Part shown: piece after piece, positions 37,901-50,077 of the stretch | Layout of the letters: each line of letters begins with the position of its first letter | Position numbering within the stretch: position 1 is the first letter of the stretch | Assembly (NCBI GenBank): GCA_965235115.1 | Contig: OZ249436.1 | Location: 59,582,001 to 59,646,000 of the forward strand | Source: Laetmonice hystrix | Lineage: Eukaryota | Length of the DNA stretch: 64,000 nucleotides | Direction of reading: 5' to 3' | Notes under the pieces: generated by a model | The model's database searches: none | What the model was told of the DNA's origin: nothing | Seen by the model: only the letters and a program-made list of their open reading frames with translations | Made by a program: the position numbers and the translations under genes

Positions 37901-39550
37901 CCACAACATACTGGATCCGCGCCTCAGATGTTTTCAATGTCCAAAAGTACAGGCAAGAATGAGATACTGGAAGAAAGACAAAAGAAAGACATAATTTGAT
38001 ATCCCTAGGAAGACTGCTGTGTTCAGAGATGGAAAGAAAACATGTTCTATCGATGGTGCACGTTGTTTACGGACGAGTATTGAATATAATAGATATAACT
38101 GGTAACTGAAGCTGACATGGAAGGAACCAATGGCTTTGGCAAAGGACAGTGATTTATAGTGATAGATAGCCTTCTGAAACTCTAGAACGCCAGGGCTAAT
38201 TAATAACGTGAGTATTTCTTTGGGAATTCATTACAGATCTATAGGAATGATGTTGTATAAAACAAAAAGCTCCAAATTAATCCCGACAATAGATGTTTGC
38301 CGCCGTTCAGAAGTGACGTGTTTATGTGGGCACGGGTCTTGCCGGTGTCCGTGACCAGCTTTGACGCTGCCAGAACAATGCCAAGTTGGAGAAGCCTTAA
38401 GGTTTGGCACTATTGATACTCCAATAAACAACTCAAAATAAAGAAAATTGCTAAGTTGGTGCTGCTTTATGCGGTGCTATATATATTGCGTGGCTGCAAA
38501 GTTTGTGTGATGTAGTGGTCTGCGGTCGACTCTGTCCTACTTTACGAGACAACCTTGCTTCAGAGCCATGACAAACTACTACTGTGGAAATCATAACCCG
38601 ATTATTGTTAATGGTACAAGATACCTTTAATCATCAAGAGACAGATCACAATCCCATTTGCTTATTGCTTGTCAGTATGGGATAATCCTCTTGTTTTAGC
38701 AGACTGATCTAAATAAAGTGTTTTCTTCGCCACCCAGTGAAAGTGTTCGGGGTGCTTTTGTTAGGAGCAGACTTTGCGTCTGCAGTCCGTTTTGTAATCC
38801 AATGTACGTTTTGTCTAGTTGAGGAGGAAATGTATGACAGGAGTGGCTAGCAGAGTCAGCAACTGCTGTGTTCTGCCTAAGAAGCCATTGCCATTGGATG
38901 TCTTCAGATGGGATTTTTAGGAGCAAGGAAGGTAATCAAAGATACAGTGAAAACAGATGCACAAAAAATTATATGATTTATATTGCTGCATAATTTTTAT
39001 GAACATCTTGAAAAATTTTTTTTAAATCCTTATTTCTAGACCAAATTCTTGACCTTGGGCAGAAGGACTACCGTCGACGGGATGGTGGCCTGACACTCAG
39101 CCGGTGGCCAACTGGTTATGTATTACTGAGTGACAGTAGTCCATTAATTATGGGGGCCAGCCATACCTGCTAACATATAGGAAAAACCACACATTTAACT
39201 GGATGAGTGAGCGGTCTGTCTGTACAGTGCTCTGCTCTGAAGTACCCCTGGCATGGAGATAAAACGTGCCAAACTGGTTGAAAAATGTGCAACTTTATAT
39301 CCATGGCGAGTCGAACCAGGGCATAATGGCACAATCCGAGATTCTTCATTGGCACTAAAAAGGTTTTGCCCTCGCCCACCCTCCTTTGGTTCATGATGTG
39401 CAGTTTGTGAAATTTGGTGAATTTGTGGTTACAGAAAGGGTCAGACCCTTTTTGTGCCTGATTCAATTGTGAGCATTAGAGTTGGGAGGGAGGGCGTGAA
39501 AAAAGTGGAGTGCGGCCGATGGGATTTGTCCCGGCTAGGCAGGTCGTCGG

Positions 39551-39590
39551 TGGCGGCAGCAGCAGCAGTGGCGGCGGCGGCGGCGCCGGC
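39551..39590. repeat. Compound GGC/CAG triplet tract in a GC-rich island
   Basis: TGGCGG(CAG)4TG(GCG)5CCGGC read directly from the sequence. Confidence 0.8.
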
Positions 39591-40714
39591 CTCACGGTCG
39601 TGTTGAGCCGGAGCCCTTGAAGTCGTCCACGGAGAACCATCCATTACGACCGCCGGCCACCGGCCGCCGGCTCCTGCCACTTAAGGTGCAGATAAAAGAT
39701 TCTCGATTTCTCACAGGGGACCAGGCCTTGTTCCTGGCAATAGCATATGGCAGGCCAATTGATTAGACGGGCAAACTGGTAAATCACACTGGATGGGGAT
39801 GGTTGTAGGCTGCAGATGAACCGGGGGAGGTGGTACGGTCATCCATTATCTGTGCACTATACAAAACCCCATCCTGGAAGCCACACACTCAGGCCAGGAT
39901 GGCATGCAACATATCTAGTATCTGATTTGAGGAACGCCTAAATTGCTTACTTTAATTAGCACCTACCACTCTGAAATGTTGATGGTCATATTTCCCCTGA
40001 AGGCAGTCTTGATCGTAAAGGAATAGGCTGGTCGTTCTTTCCCTAAAGGTATTTGTCCTAAAAAGAAAAAAATACCTAATTGATTGGATGTTTGGTATGC
40101 GTTGATTTGTTTATGGTAAGTAGGCGAAGATATGAATGTTCCGATATATAAATCAGTCGTCAAACCTGAGTGGCCGAGGATACAGGTGGTCTTCGGTCAC
40201 TGTGCAGCGCTGATGTCGGCGACTGACAGGTGCCACCTGGCCATCAGCATTCCTATTAACTTGTCTTACCTTGGACAGGTGAGTGGTACACGGGTACTCG
40301 GGGCCTGTCCGTTAGTAGCCAATCACAGCGGCCCTGATGGGACAGGTCCTCTGGGACGATGTCGTAATCAGGGATCCCTGAACGCTGAAGGTGTTTGCAG
40401 TCGGTCTGGTGCAGGTCAGGATCTCGGCCTTGTGTCATCATACCTGCCATATAAACACCGACAGACTCGCCAACTCCACTCAACCACAGGCAAAAACGGC
40501 AGCACGCCCTGGCAAGTCTGCGTCTTAAGTGGAATGTCAGAAGTTGGAGTTAAAGTCACGGGGGGATTCCCATATTGTAACGACTTACTATCGGGATGAT
40601 TCGCCACAAGGGGAGTGTGGGTGATGAATTGGCAGTGGTTGACATTTTAGTGTTGTGTCTCAATAAATGAGTTCTGGAGGCCTGATTTGATAACGTGCAT
40701 TGAACTCTTTAAGT

Positions 40715-40731
40715 GGGGGGGGGGGGGGGGG
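40715..40731 (+). repeat. Poly-G run (17 nt)
   Basis: Read directly from the sequence. Confidence 0.9.
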
Positions 40732-41357
40732 CAGCAGGGATTTCCGGTATCACGGTGGCTGCCAGACTTGGAGCAGTGACGGTGCCGTGCACAACAGGTG
40801 TTGCCACCTACACCCAGAACTTTTACCAGCTTGTAATCGTACTTTGCTTGTCATTTAGGTTTGCCAATCATCATGAACTATATTTGGCTGCCTTTCACGT
40901 GATGTTTGTATGTACCGCGTATTTAGTAATGAGACGTGCTTGTAACGAGTTCGGGAAGCTACTTATTTGCAATTTATTGGCGTGGCTTCTTTCCGCCATA
41001 AAAGTGGCTGTCATCACACGTCAGTGCCATGGAAAGTAAATGACATGATGAACTTTCTCCAAGTATAAAAAATGATTTCGTTGAATATCAAGCATCGGTA
41101 AACTGGCTGCTTTGTGCCAAAGGAGGATGGAATTGGCTCGGTGCGTGGGTTTGGTGACGGATTAGATGGTAGCTGCCCGCCGCCATCAGCAGGCGAGGCC
41201 GCTCCTGCCGGGCAGGCTCTGAAGTGGCCAGTTAGTGCAGTCTGGTGGGCAGCGGCAGCATGTTAGTGTCCCTAATGAGGATGTGAAATGTAAACAGAGC
41301 TTGGGACGGAAGGTGGTGGCGGCGGCTGGGGGAGGCGGTGGTGGTGGCGGTAGTGGT

Positions 41358-41384
41358 GGGGGTTGGGGGGTTGGGTGGGCGGGG
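41358..41384 (+). other. Canonical G-quadruplex-forming motif
   Basis: G5-TT-G6-TT-G3-T-G3-C-G4: five G-tracts with 1-2 nt loops. Folding is predicted, not shown. Confidence 0.6.
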
Positions 41385-41609
41385 CCGTGATGGACTTGTG
41401 ACAGGCAGCGGCCGGCCAGTAGCCGCCGCCGCCTGATCCTTTAGCCTAAGCCGATCCCTGATCCCAGCCCCCACACTCCACGCCACCTTGATGGGACGAT
41501 CACCGTGCTAAGGCTGGTAAATAATCGGTCGGATCAGGGGGCTCGAGGCGCTGTCTACAAGATGTTAGGCAGAGGATTAGCCGCCGGATTAGCCCAGTGA
41601 TGTGTAAAT

Positions 41610-41655
41610 GGGAGGGGGTAGGGTGGGGGGAGTGGAAGGGGAGGGGCGTTAGGGG
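41610..41655 (+). other. Canonical G-quadruplex-forming motif
   Basis: G3-A-G5-TA-G3-T-G6...G4-A-G4...G4. Folding is predicted, not shown. Confidence 0.55.
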
Positions 41656-42000
41656 AACTGGCCAGTTAGCAGTGCCATTCAGGGACGTAGTAAGTGGATT
41701 AAGCCTGTAAATATTGCCGCTGCCGCAGTGCCCGTGAGTTCTTGTTCATCACACCTCTCATGTGATGGGCCAATCAACTCTTCACAATGATCCTCGTATT
41801 TCACAATGATCGTCCCGCTGAAAAGAGCAAGTCTTTGATTACATTGACGCGGAGGAGTAAAAAAAGACCTTGGTGGCTTCAGATGCACAGTTGATAAGAC
41901 AGGATTAAATAAAGTGGATTTGTTTTTTTATGTCCAACACAAATAGCCAGTAGCAGAGGTCAGAGATAAACGGAGGACGGTTACCGTTACATGGATTGGT

Positions 42001-42034
42001 GTGAATACGATAATGTGAATACGATAATGTGAAT
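42001..42034. repeat. 14-bp tandem duplication
   Basis: GTGAATACGATAAT twice, plus a partial third copy GTGAAT. Confidence 0.9.
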
Positions 42035-44215
42035 GTGTCGGGTTGATTAACTGTGGACGGCACTAATGGATGGCATTCATAGATGGTTTGTAGTTGTACA
42101 GCCAGGTAAATCGGGGTGGAGCGAAGATGTGAAGACTAAAGCAGTGTGGCGGGTGGTAGAGGTGTAGGCCAGGTGGGCGTTGTGTCTGTGTGGAGGTAAT
42201 ACCCGTAGTCTCAGGTGGGCAGAGAGAACGAGAGGTTCACCTGTACTAAACCCACCTGGCCCCCACCACCACCACCACTACCGGCTCATCGCACCGTGCA
42301 GTGGGGGCCACCGCTCAGGCTAGGGCTATGTGAAAACTGGAGGGGAGAGCTTCACATGGAGACATAGAACACGTAAAACTTGTTTGAGGGGTGGGAACGG
42401 CTGGGGTAGGCCGCCATACAGAGGGCCCCGCTGACCTGGTCAGGGGGGTGTAATAGGTGCTGACCATGTCATGGTAGTCGCAGTTAGAGACGTATAGAGG
42501 ACAATGGCACGTTCAAGAAAGGGGGATAGATCTTGTAGAGTACATGCTACTGGTAGATTCCTGCATCTGTTAAGGCAGTGCATCACTGTTGCCTTCAATA
42601 TCCAGTTTCCATTCGTTCTTTTTTCCCCTCTCATTGATATCGATGCTGTAGATATGGCTTGATTGTAAAGAGATTAAATATCATCAAGGAATTAAACATC
42701 ATGAAGGATCGTCTTTGATCTGGAGGCATCAAGCAAATGGTCTTTTTGAGCTACTACCACCCCTCCCTTCTGCTCCCACCATCCACACCCTACCCATCAT
42801 TCATAGATTTTCCATGGTTCATTTATGAAAATGACCTCCTTATACGTACTCTAGCAAAACGTCCACATTTGGCATGTTTTTGGATGTTTTCCAAATTTAT
42901 GAAAGTTAGTGCCAGAAGCGGCGATGTTTGGTTGGATTGATCATCCAATGAGTGTCGAGGACAGATAGGGTAGTGTGTGGTCGTGTTGTGATTCATCCTA
43001 TGAAGGGCGGGGTGGAGTGAATTAGGCTGTGCCCCGCCTGTCTTTGTACTTGGTGCTTGGCTTGTGTCCCCCACTACCAACTGCCTCCCTGCTGCTGAGG
43101 AGACTGGCCCCCTGGTCGATGGATGCTCATACTGGCGCTCCAAACAGGTGTGGTGCAACCAGAAAGCCGAGGGTGCTGTCTTAGCTGCTGTCGTGCTTTG
43201 AGTCACCCAATATCATTAGAGGCGCACAACACTGGGTAAATTGTAATTGGACACCAAGTAGAATATATCAAAAAGGCTCTGGCCTTTGAGCACATGAGAT
43301 GCTCTGCCCATGATTGGGTTGCCGGTTTGTGCCGTATTAAAGCGCGCAGCACCTGGGTGTTGGCTTTGGCGCACGCCTGCCCGCAACAGTGCTCGCCTAC
43401 CTGGCAGTAATTTGTGTTGCACAAATTTGGCTAATCAGTGTTTTTGAAGCTAACATCAAAGGGCCAGTTGCCAGCCAATCAGGGGCTATTAGGCGTTCCA
43501 GGTAGCTTAATTGTGGTATCGCTTTCAAAGTTGCTATTTGTTAGATGTGTGCCTGGCCTGGCATCTGATTCTTCACGTGGTGCGAGGGAGGAGGAGTAAG
43601 GCACGGCCGTATTGGATCGACAGTCGATGCACACTCTGTCAGAATTCAGCCAGTGAGCACAGGCCATACATACCACAGACACGCCGCCTTACAACTTTAC
43701 TATAACACGCGCCGTCAACACAACAACAGTCACGGTGAACACACACACCCTCATGCGCTAGCAAACCAACAGAGTGTGGTTCTTGCCCTGTTGTCAGACG
43801 AAGCCTCCCAACAACCCGCATCAATATCACCAATTTCTCCTTGGGGAATTTACATAATCAGTCCAAATGGAGTTCGACGACGTTTTTGATACGCATTCAC
43901 AAAATTTTGTGAACGCAAACATGTATGAAGATGAGAAGGACGCGTCAGGTTAGTAATCGCCGGAGGTGTTGTTCTGTCGTAGATAGACACCTCCTGTCAA
44001 TGTACGGCTTCCACTACTACAGCAAACTGAGCACTAGTAGGCGCACACGCTGGCACCAACCATAGATTCCGTATCAATCACAGTGCCACCAAACCACATG
44101 CACACATTACACCCATTGTTTGCCTCAGGAGATCCTTTTCGCGCACTTTCTTCTCACAATTTTTTTGTGTGTGTCTTTTTTAGCGTCTTCATTGTGTTCT
44201 TGTCTGGGGATAGAA

Positions 44216-44258
44216 ATGTTTTCCACGTAGAGGCCATGTTTTCCACGTAGAGGCCATG
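44216..44258. repeat. 20-bp tandem duplication
   Basis: ATGTTTTCCACGTAGAGGCC twice, followed by ATG. Confidence 0.9.
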
Positions 44259-47200
44259 ACGACCATGGAATGCATCGACAGTGCGGTTGTCACATTTATA
44301 GAAACTTTCAATTCCTACGACATTTGTGCACCTATTATATGTGTTTTAGATGTGTACAAACTATGGCGATTGTTGGCCGTTATTCACCACTGAGGGTCAT
44401 GGGAGATAATGAGCTAGGATCTAATTCTCAGTTTTGATCAACACCCCACAGGTTGTGGAAGAGCTGATCTGGTGTTTTATGGTTCCCACCAATTGTGCTG
44501 CATCAATCAAGTGTAGTTTAACGGGGCGTCCAGCACAATGCTTGTGTCATTAAATTACAATCGTCATTATAAGAAAGTGTTTTTATTGTAATGCACGCAG
44601 GCCGAATACACTTGCTGCCAACTATCTGTATCAAATAGTCACCACAGTCAATAGATCAACTGAGTTTTAGAACTTATAAAAGGAAGTGGTTCCTTTTGGG
44701 TTTGATTCCTGCATCTAGCCTTGATCGCCCAAGTGGAAATGTAGCACATTAAGTTGTCTGCGAGTCCATGTAGAATTAGAGCAAGACGTGGTTTAGCTAT
44801 TTAAAATGTTATGTATTGTTTCCGCTACGACAGACAGATATGCAAGTTAATTATCTTGTCATTTGTACGATCTCGCTCATTAAGGATGCCCTGCCAGAGG
44901 CTATCGTTGAGGCCATCGGCCACCCTAGTCTCCTACAACCGAAATATTCCCCTGACAAGGCGCTCATCCAAGAATTGCAAAGGGAAACCTGCTCACCATG
45001 AAGATAGACCGCGATAAAAGGAATTTACCGTTGTTGGTTCCGTGTATGGATATAGTGGTCGATTGACAAGGTCCAGGGGACATGACAGACGGTGGAAATG
45101 TTAATCAGTTCTTGATGAAGGCTCGGAATTAATGGCACTTTTTTTGACCGGTGGGTGTAACAGTAAGTAGGGGTGAAGGCACTCGGCTCCGTGGGGACCG
45201 CGTTGGCTGCTCCTCGGTCAGGTTAGTTGAACCCTTTCCAGGGTGAGAAACCTAATGGTGGACATGCATTGTTCCGACACCTTTGTGGGAGGCGTGGGCT
45301 AATGACCCAAGCTGTGCCCGCCATTGTATGAAGTAAAGGTGACCCCAGTGCATCCCATGGGTCGGTAGGGGCGTGAACTATGCCGGAGTAACGGCACCAA
45401 GGAACAAAAGTGGGGTTTGTCAAAGTGCCAAGTCGGCGAAAACTTTCAGTGCAGTCTTTATTGTCCGGCCACACCACTTTCTGGACCCGTCACGGCAAGG
45501 ATCGGATTTACACTGTATTAGTAAACGCGTATTAGCGGCACTTCTTGGCACGTTCTCAGCGTCAGGTATGTTTGAAGGAAGCTACCGCCTGCGTGTGCAT
45601 GCGGGCACCTAACAAGACAGCCTTCTGGTGAAACAGAAGCTATGGTGAAATTACACCCACGGATCACAAAAGTAATTTGTAGTTGTCAACTTAATAGTCT
45701 CAAGTCCATTGTCTGTGCCATGGAATGGTGCGTAGAGATATGTAACGCCTCAAACTGATTCGGTGCCTCGTATCACCTGGAGCGGTGTTTGCTCAAGCCG
45801 GTAATTAAACAACCATGAAGATAGAAAAACAATGCGGGCAGGGAGTGATAATTGACACGTGAATTCCTGTGCTATCGCGCACAGGAAGTTTCTGGATGAC
45901 ACCAAGGTTGTGTTTTTTTCAAGGACTGCCGTCAGTGGCGATCAGACTGTCGGGGTGTGAATCATCAAACTCACACTTTGATATGACAAAAGGTGTCGAC
46001 ACTAGTCCCACTCCATTCACATCACGTTGAGCGGGGCTTGGACACCCGCAGGATGACGGCCAAGTATTCACTAATTGTCCAAGGTTTCTACTGTACACCT
46101 GTTAGTATGCTCACATGGGCCTGAAATAACTGATTCATGTTCTCCCAGGAGAAAGTTTGATTGAAGAAACAGAATGTACAGAGGTCATGATTAAGTGTAG
46201 GACACCTGCAGTCATAGATAAAGTAGTAAGGATCAGGTGACAGATTGTCATCAGCGATCCGTAGTTTAATCAAGTATTCCAAGTAATGACTTCACAATAG
46301 GTAGTTATTATTGCATATAATCAGTATTCAGGCTGCTGCTTGCAGTGTTGAAATACTTGTATACCTATTCTTAGTGACTTGGAGTGATGAGAGGCTATTA
46401 AAAGGGGAGACATGGCATCGCACCAAGTTTGGGGTGTCTGCTTAGCGGTCTCTTCAAACAAAACGGGTGATTAATGAAGGTAGTATCGTGATCAGTGCCC
46501 TGACATAATGCCAAGTTATCAGTCGTGCCAGCTGTATACCTTACCGAAGTGACTACCTAAATGATTGCGATCAAAATATAACTGGGCGTGTGTGCAGCAA
46601 ACCCTTAGATGCCATATCTGTGCCTCTACTTTCCCATGAGGGCAGATCGAGCCGAACCCAGAACACCACTAGAAGATGGCTGACCGTGAGGTTGTCTTCA
46701 AAAAAGGTTCGGTCCAGATGTAAGGGCCAAGGTCTGTGACACTAGTACATTGTGTGTACTGGCTACCGAAGATCGGCCAAACGTAGGTAATGTCAGTAAT
46801 GAAGATGATAATCGTTTTTTATCGCCGGCCTTGACCAGAATAGGGTCGGGGCAGTTTGAGTCTTGCTGATTCACAATCAGTGCTGATTTCATCCGAGGTG
46901 GATGAAGTTTTAGTGGAGGTGGACCTACCAGTTGGGCCCTCTCCCATAGCGTGACACGCGCCATGGCCGTGGGCCACAAGCATGCTCCCTGTACAGACAG
47001 TGGCTGTCACCGCCCCCCGCCATGCTGCGTGATTGGGGCACCCTGACCCAAGGTTGGACCTGATCAATGAGACCTGGCCCTATCGAAGGCTTGGCAATGA
47101 GATTTGCGGTCGGAGGAAAGAGCTTTACCTCCCATCTTCCTGAGACCAATGTCATGACATGATGCGCACGCCATCGCCAAGAAACACTCCGCAGTGGCTG

Positions 47201-49550
47201 ATGTAATACACCTGTTTTTGTTTTGTTTATAATTCTTCCTCTTTTCAGGATTTATTCACCGGTTTCGTTTTACTAACGGGAATGAACTGAAATGTTTGAA
47301 CACGTCTCAGTACAAACGTGTAGGTATCGGGTGTGAGTAACAGGTGCTGCGAGATAGAGTAAAGTAAGATCTTTTTGAGCATGACTGATCAGTAAAATCA
47401 GGGGACTTTTTTACCATCAGCTAATGAGGAGCGAGGGTTTTCTACTGCACGAAACGAACAGCACACTGCAGCCATGCAGGGTTGGCATGGGATAACGACC
47501 CGAGGTGGCTTCACCCTGGCCGTCGGTTTCCAAGGTCAGACAGGAACACTGGCCGGCACGGTGGTCCATGGTCCGCAAACCCCCAACTTCAGGCACTCAA
47601 CATAGCCAGCAGATCGACGGCTCGAATTGCAGGCATTGTTCTGTTCGTTCCTGTCGGAGGAACGAAAAAAAAAGCTTCTGTTTTTCCTTACAAGATGAAA
47701 GGGCGTCAGCCTCTGAAGTCATTCCTTTAAAAGCAAGCAATCTTAGAGTGGAAAAGTTAGCTCTTTACGGACACCTATGATTCCACTGCAGGCATTCCAA
47801 CACTCATCGGCAGATGCAGTTGCTCTAATATGACAACAAAGGCCCACTTGTTTTAGTGAAACATCATCTTGCAAATCCATATTTCTTGTGGGGTCGAAAA
47901 TTCCACGAGCCAGTGACACAGTATATCAAATGGCGCATCTAAGAGGTGGAAACCCCCGGCATTTTGGCATCAGTTTCAAATGAACACAATATATGCCCTG
48001 CGGCCCTAGAACTGCTTAAGTGGCACTTCACAGGGTTGGTCCATGTGAAAACAAATCAGTAGCCGTGGTGTTTAAAGGAATACGAGGAAATTGGTCCATT
48101 ATGTACTAAAAGTGGCCACTGATGAGCTGAGCAAGACTGACAAGCATTAGGACAGATCTGCTTTCGTTGCTGAGATCTTTTCCCTTGCACATCTCCTCTG
48201 TCACTATCCATCTCACCAAAGTGGTCCCGTGTGAAAAAAGTGAAGAGGATAGTCATAACAATGGTGTTTTTACACGAGGTCTGGTTGCTTATAGATGACA
48301 CTGCACGTGTGAAGACTAAGAACAGCAGCAAAGTTCTGGTTAACTTCTTGACGCTGTCAAGTTCAGTTCTGGAAGCGGGCAAGTCTGAAACCGTGCAGTG
48401 CGCGGCGTGGTGGCCAGATAGAGTTGTAAGAACTTGGAGGTGGTCACAGGTGACAGTCTGTGAGGTTTTATCCACTCGTGGCACCTGTCTGTTGACGGTA
48501 TACCACACGGCCGTCGGTTTGAACTCTGTCGGAATGACAGAAGGAACAGAGAACAAAAGGGATGATCATGTTTCTGGGGAGGAGTTGACCTCCGCCACTG
48601 GTCGGATACCTGATCGGCCTGGTGGTGTCTGCCGGATCAGGGTCCGCTCCAGACGCCACGGCCGCACACCAAGAGGCTTGGATAACATAACTAATTTTAT
48701 ATTCTCTAAGAGTTTGACTCTTCTGAGCCACACCCTGACAGTGAAGTTATGTTACCACACCCCAGTTTAGGTAACATCAGCAGGTCATTTCTAGTACAGT
48801 TTTGCGTCTTTGATATTGCTAGCCGTCGAATGAAAAAGGGCCAGACCATAGATGGTAACGTGTATTGATAAAGTCGTGGGAGATTATGTGTTCTACCGAT
48901 TGCACAGTGGAAAGGTGGTTATATAAGACCCTCTCAAATCAAATGCCACTGCGACTTTTCGAACTTTGCTTTGTGCTGATTGGAACTTTCCAAATACCAT
49001 ACTGCATTGAAGTGATGCATGATTTGAGAGCGAGCACACAGCATATTTCAGTCCACTTTGACAGCAGAAACTGGCGGTGGAGCTTGCATGCGAGCACGAG
49101 AGGTACATTGTGACCCTGACGGCCAATACCAGACATGGATCCAGCCCTACATGCCTAATGCCCACCCAAGCTAACACAACCTCGTCGCCTGACTCGACCA
49201 TCTGATGGTGGGATGTTAGCTCGGCGTCACATCGAATCCTTGTATGATCACTACCTCACACCATGTCGCAGCCTGCACCACTGCAGTTGTCATGCAACGA
49301 CAAAACTCCAACAAATTACATGTATTGTTTCAGCTCGTGTAGTTTCACACGTTTGACAGGCCAACCCGCTACGGTGGCGTGACACGTTGGCATGCAAGTC
49401 TTAAACTGAATCTGCATAATGACGAAACGTTGAGAAGTGTTAATAGTAAACCCGTTCAGAGTTTAACTTTTTTGTTTTATATATATGTATATATAAATCT
49501 GATTTATGACTGTTTTATAGTATGGTATCTATGAGTGTCGAGATAGTAGT

Positions 49551-49563
49551 GGGGGGGGGGGGG
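49551..49563 (+). repeat. Poly-G run (13 nt)
   Basis: Read directly from the sequence. Confidence 0.9.
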
Positions 49564-50077
49564 ATCCCAGCGGATTCTCAAGTTGAACCATATTGGCTGA
49601 CAATGATGTCATGATCTGACGTTTCGTTTTTGTACCCCGCACATAAGTCGCGAACACTGATCATACGTGAAGCGGCAGGTAGAATCATTCGCGGCGGAAT
49701 ACGGAAAAAAACCCAGGGTGTCGCCTGACAAAGTAAAAGCTTTGAACGTAGACGTATCACATGTATACCTCTGCCCATAGGACTGACAGGAGGTGACGAG
49801 TTTTATACTGCACTTCGCCAGATGTGTCGTACCAAAGATGAAATTACTAAAAGCTCTCGTCGGTGGAAATCCACCTATATCTTACGTCTCTTATTTCACT
49901 TTCCATTCCCCCAACCCCCATGGGTTTTTTTCTATTTTCTACATTTTTTTCTCACTGATTTCTTCTGTCACCGGGCTGGAGAAGGTCTGACGTTTCCACT
50001 GTCGTATACATTATATGTGTTTGTGATATATTATCGTTTGGAAGAGAAAGTGCTAAATATAACCGTTCTTGTTTCAG

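Larger units (their letters stand above)
41159..41907 (+). promoter_or_regulatory. Cluster of K50-homeodomain-type sites (Otx/Pitx/Gsc class)
   Basis: GGATTA at 41159, 41574, 41586, 41696 and 41902, plus TAAGCC at 41447 and TAATCG at 41522. Confidence 0.38.
31176..50077 (+). other. GT-AG intron of the TCF gene (18,902 nt, phase 1)
   Basis: It begins gtaagt and ends tttcag, and it joins the two exons in frame to give DPKTGLPRPP. Unrecognised alternative exons inside it cannot be excluded. Confidence 0.85.

Noticed and set aside
42257-42310. Perfect 10-bp inverted repeat TGGCCCCCAC / GTGGGGGCCA
   Set aside because: A few such stems are expected by chance in 64 kb. No target-site duplication or second copy supports a MITE.
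48056-48770. Overlapping antiparallel ORFs of 179 aa (+) and 166 aa (-)
   Set aside because: There is no family resemblance, and the + ORF has no usable splice sites linking it to the TCF frame. Treated as chance, although a blastp would settle it.
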